Positions 15,845 through 24,800 of a stretch of 64,000 nt of DNA are shown piece by piece (the first letter of the stretch is position 1; every line of letters starts with the position of its first letter). Made by a program: the position numbers and the translations under genes. This DNA is from a virus. The DNA lies in IMG/VR virus record IMGVR_UViG_3300042557_001775, positions 1 to 64,000 of that record; one strand, given 5' to 3'. The notes beneath the pieces were generated by a model. It saw only the letters and a list, made by a program, of their open reading frames with translations, was not told the DNA's origin and did no database searches.

Positions 15845-18800
15845 AGATCCCGCTCCTGTGCTTGCCCGGCGGCCTGTTCGGCCTCTCGCGCCCGCTCTGG
15901 GGCGGCGTTCTTGAGTGACTCTTTGCTTGGCTGGAAGGGCCGGTAAATGCCGGAGGCGATGTCTTCAAGGTCGTCTTTGCCAATGCCGGTGGCTCGAAGG
16001 CGACTAATCGCCGCCGGTTCGGGGAGCCCTAGGCGCCGGGCCGCCATGTATCGACGACGCGCTTCTTGCGTAAGACGGTATTGGGCTTGGTCCGTCAGGT
16101 CGAAGGAGCCGGCCACGGCGCCAGGAGGCTGAGTACCCCGGGAGAGAAGAACGCGGTTGAAAAGAGAGGTGGCGTCGCGCTTGTTTCGCAGAAACTCTGA
16201 AGCACCGAAGCCTAAAGCTTGATCCAGATCCACTTGGCGGATGCGCGTTCCGGTTACGATGGCACCGATCTCTTGCGCCGCGCTAAACTGCTGCCCCGAA
16301 TCGGAGACAACTCCGGCAACACCTAGGCCGCCCCGGTAAATTGTTTTTGCGGTGCCCGGCACGAACGCGCCAGCCAAGTGGGCGCCGATGGCTTGGGCAA
16401 TATTCGTCCCAGAGTCTTGCGGATTGTAGATCCGTCGGCCGCCAGCATCGACGTTGCGGAGGACGCTAGTCACGGCGCCGAAGACAATCTGTTCGCCGAC
16501 GAACGGTTTCATCAATTCGCCGACCATCGCCACCCCGCCATCAGCGATGGCTTCCGGCATACTCTCAGCGCGACCAAAAGCGCGCATCATCGCGACGAAA
16601 GGTTTTTTGAAATACTCATGCCCGTCGAAAAACGAGATGTCGGCGTAGCTGATGGTATTTCCCGTGCGCCCAAACAAGAGTAGCTGGTTATTCTTCTGCC
16701 AGTCTGGAAGGAACTCGCGGAGGTCTTCTTCGTCTTCGGGGGTCATTCCGGCCATCGCGGCAATTCCGCCAGCCGCGACAGAAGGCACTGTCATTGCCAA
16801 ACCGAATCCTCCGATCCGCCGGTAACCGAGACTCCGCAGCTCTGGGTTGCCTGACTTAATTTCGCTGGCCGCCAACCTGAGCGTATTAATCGCTGTGCGA
16901 ACAACTTCGGTGGTGAAAGTAATAAAGGGGGCGACGACTAAGCCGGGTCCCCGCTTGAGTTCCTGCACCCACTGCGGGGCTTCGGAGTAGGTCCAATAGA
17001 TCTCCCGGGAGATCTCGGCAGCTTTCTCATCGAGTTCCGCTTCGGCCATTTTCGGATACGCCCGGCGATAGTTTTCCCGCTCAGTGTAGAAGACAATGGC
17101 CCGCATAATATTGTCCGACATCGCGTAAGTCCCTTGGGCAAAGTCCCAGAGCTTACGGAACGGCTGCGTAATCTTGCGGGTTACTGCGTCTCCGGCTTGC
17201 ACACGAGCGCCGCCCAGTTCGCGGTAGTCCTGCACGAGGTCGTCGATCATGTTGGCGGTCACCGATTCGCCGAACACGCGGAGGCGGATGAGCTTTTCGA
17301 TTTCTTGCCGGGCTTTCTCGTATGCTTTGGGCCCAGATCCGTAATTCTTGAACGCTTCTTGGATCGCTGTCTGGTGCGCCAGCCCGATGGCTTTGCCCGA
17401 AAACGACCCGGGCATCAACGCGCCGGTCGAAAGAAGTTTGAGGTATCCGGCCAAGTAGTTGCGTGTTTGTGCGGCTGCCGAGCCGACAGTCGCCATTGCC
17501 ATCGAGAGGCCCGTAGCTTTGGCGAAAAGCCGCGCCGCGTTTTCCGCATCGCTCTGCGGATACATTTTGTAAAGGGCCTCGACGATGTCGCGGTTGCCCC
17601 AGACTCCGGCCAGCGGGGAGAGACGGGCATTGGTCTCGTCCGAGATTTTGACGAATCCAGTCGGGGCTTCCCAGTCTGCGAAGGCGTCCCGGAAGGCGGT
17701 CTCTGCGGCGGCTCGGTCGGCAGTGCGGAGTATTTCCTCGAAGTTGGCACCGCGCACAACAAACTCGCCAGTATCTTCGTCTTGGCGCATTTCCGGCTGC
17801 GCCGAAAACCATCCTTCCGATAGGCCAAGTTCGCGCAGCTCACGCAGGAATCGGTGGTTGTAGATGAGCGTGGACATCTTGAGGATCGTTTTTCCGTAGG
17901 CCGTTTCCGGATTGTCGTAGACGCCCCAGAGCGCTTGGATTTCGGGGGCAATCGTCCCCCGGCTCATAAAGATCGACAGATTTTTCTGCCCCATGACTCG
18001 GCCAGAGAGCGCTTCGAGCGTCGGGTCCTTCACGGACAACGCTGCTTCGAGGGCGGTTTCTACGTCGGCGGCGGCCACAGATCGGGTCGCCTGGCGCTGG
18101 GCTTCGGCCTCAGAGATGGTCGTCCCAGTCTTGGTAGCGGTGTTCAGGATACGTTCCTTAGCCTTCTCAATAAGCTGCTTCTTTAGGAAGCCACGGGCGC
18201 CGGCCATGACCTTCAGATTCTTCCTCACGCGGTCAGCCCACTTGGGGTTGTCGAAGATGGCGTAGCTTCGGTTGAGGTAGATACCCAGCGTCTCGTCGAT
18301 GGCGATTTCCAAGTCTCCGGAAACGAGCCCTTCGGATTTAAGCCGGCGCTGAAGCACGTTGATATGATCTCGCATCTGTGTCACGAGAACGCGCACATCC
18401 CGGGGAAGCGACTTCAAGGCCGCTGTCTGGCGCTCGCGGAACTTCATCCGATTCTCCCGCCGATAGCGGTCTTTCAGCTCGGCGGCTGCTTCGGGATCAG
18501 TAAGGCGAACTCGCATCATCTCCGCCATCTGTGCTTCGGTGAAGGGGTTGTCTAGATTACCCAGAGCCGTGGTGATCTTGCGCGGGTCGATATTGCGGTC
18601 ACGAACAGCGCGGACGAGGAGCCTGATGTTGGCGTCGGCCCGGCTGGCTTCGGCTTTGATGCCAGCTCGCGAGCTTTGGAACTTGTCGGTGCCGCGAGCG
18701 TCCATGAGGCGATCAACGGCAGAGATAAACTTGCCTTTGACGTAAGTGCCGCCGGTCGGGGTCTTGCTGACCTCGTCCCGGAATACCCGCTCGAACTTCC

Positions 18801-21800
18801 CACCGAGGGAGTCGCTATACCGAATATTCGGGATTTCGTTTAGCTCTTGTTCCGTCATCGAGTCCGGGTCTCGCTTGATCGTCACTTCTGGTGCGGGCGC
18901 ACGCTTTTGCATCCGCTTTTCAACGGCGGCTTGGTTTTTCTCGTTGAACAAATCCCAGTAAACCCCCGAGTCCATCTGCCCACCGCTCGGCGGCCGGAAG
19001 TCGTCACCCTTCGTCTCCCCGTCGATAACGACGGGTTCCGCACGACCGGTCTTTTGGGCCCAAGCAACGAATTCACTACGGCTCATGGCTTGAACCGCTT
19101 TATCGATCTCTGGGTCTGTTTTGCGCGTAGGTTTTGGCGCCGGTGTTCCCTTGGGCTCTGGGACGACTTTAAGTCGAGGCGACTCTCCCGTTGTGTCTGC
19201 GTCTGTTATGTCTGTATCGCTAACCTCGGGGGCAGCTTCTGGATCGGGGTCGGGGGCAGGTGCTTTTTTCTTTTTCTTCGGCGGCTCTTTTGGCGGCTCT
19301 GGGTCCGGCTCGGGTTTTGGCTCAACAGGCGTCGGCGGCTCAGGTTTGGGCTCGATAGCCGGTTCAGCCGGTTGCCGCGCTTTGGCGGCGGCCAACTCCG
19401 AATAAAGCAGATTCAGTTCAGCTTCGATGTCGGCCATCGGAGTGAATGTGTTTCTTCCCAGCTTCTGGGCCGCTTCTCTGACACGAGGGTCTTCGGGCTT
19501 ATTCGTATTCCGCCGCCGCTGTGTTTTGAAGGCGTGTAGTTCATCAAGTCCCTCTAGGATTCCTTCCAGCGCGCGGAGATCCGACTCTTTCTTTGATATA
19601 TCCTGTTGGATTTCATCGACCGACCTACCCGCTTCGGCGGCTTCGGCTTCGGCTGCTTGCTCCAGAAGAATTACTTCTGTACCCCGGGGCAAAACGTTGG
19701 TTCCGGCTACCCCGCTGGTCGGGGCGAAGCCCTGGCGATAGCGGAGCACTCGGCCGCTGGGGAGCCTGATTTCTCTTCGAGCTTCGGCTTGAGCTTGTTG
19801 AGCTTGTTGGCGACGGGTTTCACGGACAGCCGGCCATTCGGCGGCTAAGCGATTGCGGTCTTCGGAAGTGCCCGCTAAGTCCTGCGCTTCGAGCTGCTCC
19901 TCGATGTATTGCGCCTGGGCCACCGCTGCTTCCATTTCGTCGATCATGCGACTGCGGATCAACTCTGGGGCTGCGTCGCCTTCCACGCTGGAGAAGTTCA
20001 GGCGCCATGAATCACTGAAGCCTTCAGCAAGAGGCGAGGAGCTATCGACTTGAACCCCGGTGATGAGGGCCACGATGGAGTTCCAGACATCTTTGAGCGC
20101 CGCGACGAAGTCTCCTTTGAACGTCCCCTTCCCGAATCCCAGAGTGGCAAGCTGCTTGGCGACCTCTGGATTGTGGGTCACCTCTACCACGAATTCTTCG
20201 AGGCTGGTCAGCGAGATGAGCGCCTGGTTGGATTCGGAGGCGGCGATTTCCTGAAGCTGATCGGAGATAATTTTGACTTCCGCGTCGGTCGGTTTTGCCG
20301 GGACGTCGAGGCCCCGGGAGCGGCCAGCCGCGATGATCGACTGCCGCCGGAATCCTTCCAGTCGCTGAATGGCGGCGCGCTCGGCGGAGTTCAGTTCAAC
20401 AAAGCCGTTGAGCTTGGAATTGACGACAACGTGGGAAAGCTCGTGGAGAAGCGTGTCGATTGCGCCGCCCTCGCGGTTGTCGTGGATCGCGTTGGTGTTG
20501 AGATAAATCGAGTAGGCGCCGTCGCTTTCAGCGGCGCGGCCAGACCAAGTGACGGCATTCGACTTGATGATGTCGTCTTCGACTTCGCTTCGAGCTGCGT
20601 CGATCTGGGCGTCCGCTTTGTCCGGGTCGGCGTCAAGCGTGATCTCCTTTTTCTTGCTTCCCAGAGTGAGGGTGATCTTGCCGTCTTTGACTTTGACCCG
20701 GCGGTCAATCTCTTCCTCGGTGAGCGGCTGGCTGTTGAAGTTGCGGCCAAAGCCTGCGATCTGGAGGGAGACGTTATCGTTCCACCCCAAACGCGGCCCC
20801 AGTTTAACAAATGCGGCGGCGATACTGCGGGCCTTGAGGCTCTGGCTTTGGTCGTTGGCGACAGTCTTGAGGAAGGTCTCGATGTCTTTGAACGCGCCCG
20901 ATTGAATGAGCTTCCGGATGTTTTCGCGTTTGATTTTTAGCTTGGCGGCGTTGGATCCTCGGCGGCGAGCCGCTTGTGTCGCAGCCATGCCGGCGAGAAG
21001 CTCCGTGGCGCTTTTGGTCAGCAGCAGGTCCGCGAACGGCTGCGACGTCTGACCTATCACATTGCCGCCCGCCGCCAGCGTCGATTCCGTGGCGCGGCCT
21101 TCGGTCTCGATCGCCGTGACGATGCGGTTGATTTGCTCGTCGGTATAACCTTCGAGGTCTTTGCTGGTTAGGCCAGACCAGGAGGCGACGTAGGCTCGGG
21201 CTGCTCTGGGAGCGACTGTTCGGACGGTGCGGTTGAGAAGACGAGTTCGTGGGCGAGATCCTCGAATCGGTTGAGCGGCGCCACTTGAAACGCTTCCGGA
21301 TCGGTCAGCATCAGGTCCGCTAGGGCTCCGTAATCCCCTTTCGCCAGCCGGATCAGGATCGGGCCCCCCAAGCGATTGGCTAACTCGCGGTGCTCCTCCT
21401 GCGACAGCACCATCGCCAGCAGCCGACAAGCCACGTCCGGAAATGCGGCCTGCATTTCCGCCACGCTTGGCCCATTCGAGGATTTCTCGGTTTTCTTTTT
21501 GTTGGAGGAGTCGCTCGGCTGTTGCACTGGGCTTCCAGTCAGCGGCTTTCTTTCCGATGAGGTTGTTTTCTGGTATTCCATAGAGTGTATTGTAGCTGAC
21601 GTCGCCTTGGATGTAGCGGATAATTTCTTGCAGTCGTGGGTCTAAGTTAGAGAAGTCAACGCGCCCCGTCGCGGTTACGAGTTCTTCGAGGCGAGCAATT
21701 TTGCCCGGGTCTTTGTACCAATAGCGATCCTGGGACGGGTCCCATTCCAGCCCGAAAGTTCCAAGAAAAAGCTTTTGATCTTCAGTGCTGAGTTTGCTCA

Positions 21801-24800
21801 TCAGCTTTTTGTCTTCGCCGACGAGCCTTAACAGTTCAGGACCCACGCTTCCGCCCGGTGTATTTTCTTCTTCAGGCGCGTCGTCAGTGAGTTCGGTCAC
21901 GTTCGCGACGTTTCCGACTTCCAGCTCTTCTTTTTGCGGCGCGATTAGGGTTTCCGGCACAAAGCGTTCGTCGAGGGAAACAGTCGAAGGGGCTTCCTTC
22001 CGCATCCTCCGGATCGACTTGGTGGCCGCGTTAACGGCGGCTTGGGCTACTTTGAACGGGGGAGCCTTGCTGCTCGTGATCCGGGAGACCTTGATAAGGT
22101 CGTCCACAAAACGATCAACTTCGGGAGAGCTGTCCGCGCTAACCACAGTCTTTTTGATCGCGTCATAATCTTTTTTCCCGAGACGTTCCTCCGTTCCGGC
22201 TTTGGCAACTTGGCGCCGCTTTCCTTTTGGAGAAATTACTTTTTCAAGGCTGTCGAGCGTTTCGTTGAAAACCTTTACGGCGTAGGTCTTGTCGGGGTTG
22301 TCTCGAAAACGGGCGGCAATCTTATCACGCAGGACAGCAAGATCGTTAAAGTCAGGCGCGTTTAGTCTTACTCCCAGATCGAGAGCGGCTTTTCGGACTT
22401 TGAGTTCAAGGTCTTCTGTAGGTTTGGGTTTTTTGACTGCGCGGGCAGCCGCCAAGGCCGCCGCAAAGCGACGAGCAATTTCGACCTGCGTCGCTACTGG
22501 AAGAGTGGACGTCCGACCAGAGGCCGCCGCAACGAATTGCTCCATGGTAGACGTCGCAGCCTTTTTCAGAGCCAGGGTGCGGAGGTCATCGGATTCGACA
22601 TTGGTGAGCGGACTGCCACCTCCGACTGTAATGCCCGTTGTTCGTCCCAGAAATGGTTCGAGGCCTTCGAGGAGCTGACGGTAAAGGATGCTGAACGCTT
22701 CGGGCAGCGCGGCCATTCGTCGATTAAGCTGCTGCGCTTCGCGAAGATCTACCGCGCTGCTCGACAAACGAGTTTTCTCGGCCTCAAATCCACGCGCTGG
22801 GTCTTGCTGGTAAATCTTGGTGAAGCTTCCAACGCCACTAAGCTTTTTGAAGCTCAGGGGCCTGTACGCAGACGACTCCCGGTTCGCTTCAAGCCGCTTC
22901 TTGTCGTAAGCGTTGGGGAGCATCTCAAGGCGAGCGGACAGATCGACCACGGCTTTCTCGGCGGCCCGCAAGGCGTTCTGTTCGTTCGGTGCTTCGACGA
23001 GTCCGAGACGCTGCTCCCGGAGCGTGTTGAGCCGTCCTTCGATGGTCGCTCGTTCTTCTGCGAGTTTTCCGGCAGACTGATTGACGCGCTTTGTCCGCCC
23101 AGCGATCGCTCTTTTGATACGCTCAGCGTCGCTCCTAATCTGGGTTAGCTCGTCAGTTCTTGATTTTCGCTCTGCTTTGAGTGATGCGAGCCGTGTTTCT
23201 GCTTCGCGCAATTGAGCTTCGTAGTTAAGGCCTCCGAGCCCTTCGCGAACGAGTTGAGACGCGGCGAAGCGGCCTGTCGGCTGTTTTTTGACGGCTTCGC
23301 GCAGCTCGCGAATTTCCTTTTCGGCGTTGGTAATCGCGTTAGACGAAAGTTCACCGAAGAGTTTTCCGCCTTTGCCTTCGGGCGCGTTCAGTTCTTGCCG
23401 CCGCGCTGCAAGGGCCGTCAAACGTTCGTTAAGTGTTTCTAGGGTGCTTTCTCCGTCGATGCGCGTCTCAAGCGCGGATAATTGCAGGGCTCTCGACTGG
23501 ACATTCTTACGGGCTTCGGCCGCCCGACTGCTAACGGCGGCCTGCTCCTGCCGTAGTTCGGCTTCACGATTCGGTGTCGCGTTTTGCAACGCGGCTTCTA
23601 TCTGTTCGAGCTGCGCCTTTGCATCAGCAAGGGTTTGCCGATCTTTGTCTTGGGCCTTCCGAAGCGCGTTGAGCTGGCTGGTTAAGCCTCGCGTATTTCC
23701 AGCTTTTTCGGGAGCGCGTGCCGCCGATCCGATTTCAGCCAACGCCATTTCGGCATCTCTAATCTCGGCGTCCAGACGATCACGCTCCGCGAGGGCGGCG
23801 TTGTTACCCCGCAGTAAGGCGTCAAAAGTTTTACGCGCTTTATCGCGGTTTTGGATCGCCCCCGTGAGCGCAGTTTGAGTTTGTTGGATTTCTGCGTCTT
23901 CTTCGGCGTCGAGGCGGGCAAGCGCTTCTCGGTCTTGCTCTCCAGTCGTCCGTTGCTGGTCTCGGCCGGCTTTATTTTTCGGCGGAGATACGTTGGTGAG
24001 GGTGAAACTAAGCGGATTCTGCGCGAGAACAGGCGTCCCTTCTGGGACGAAGCGGCCAGTTTCGTCACGCACACCAGCTCCAGTTTTGACCGGTGCGTCA
24101 TACGAGCCTTGGCTGACTTCGACGGGTGAGGATTTCCCGTCAACGCCGCGCCAAGTGACGGACACCACTGTAGGAGCAATTCTTCCGCGAAACAGCCGGC
24201 GCTCGATTTTGACGTCCGGATCGCCTTGCAGCAGAGATACCAATTCTGGGGTTGCGGGCACCACGTCACCAGCGTTCAGATGCCGTGCGATGTCGGTTAT
24301 GGCGCGGCGCTTCGCCACGTTTCGGTTGTTAGTTGCGAGATTAAACTGCGTGAGAGCTTCGTTGTAAGCGCCGAGCTGCGCTGAATTAGCTTCGTCTTCC
24401 CTAGCGCGGACAACTTCGTCGGTGCGTTGCCGGGCGATGGTTGCGGCGTCGCGGAGCTTTTGGTCTCTCCGTTCTTTAGTCTCGGGCACCGCTTCCAATT
24501 CACCGGCTTCGTTGGTGAAGAAGCCTCCGGCAAACACTTTGGCTTGTTCCTCCTCAAAGAGTCTTTCGTAAATCGCGGTGCGTTCTTCGTTCGTCAGGGA
24601 TTGCCGCTGCGGTTTTGTGGGGCGAACCGGAGCATTACCTTTCGGCGTCTGGATAACTGGCGTTAAACGAGCGACAATCGGGCGGCCATTATTCCATGCG
24701 GGGCCGGCCGGCTCGGAAGACAGATCGCTCGCTGGCGCGGGTTGAGGCCCGAATGGAGTTCGCATCTCGGCTAGGAGCGACGTCAGTTCGAGAGCCCGGG

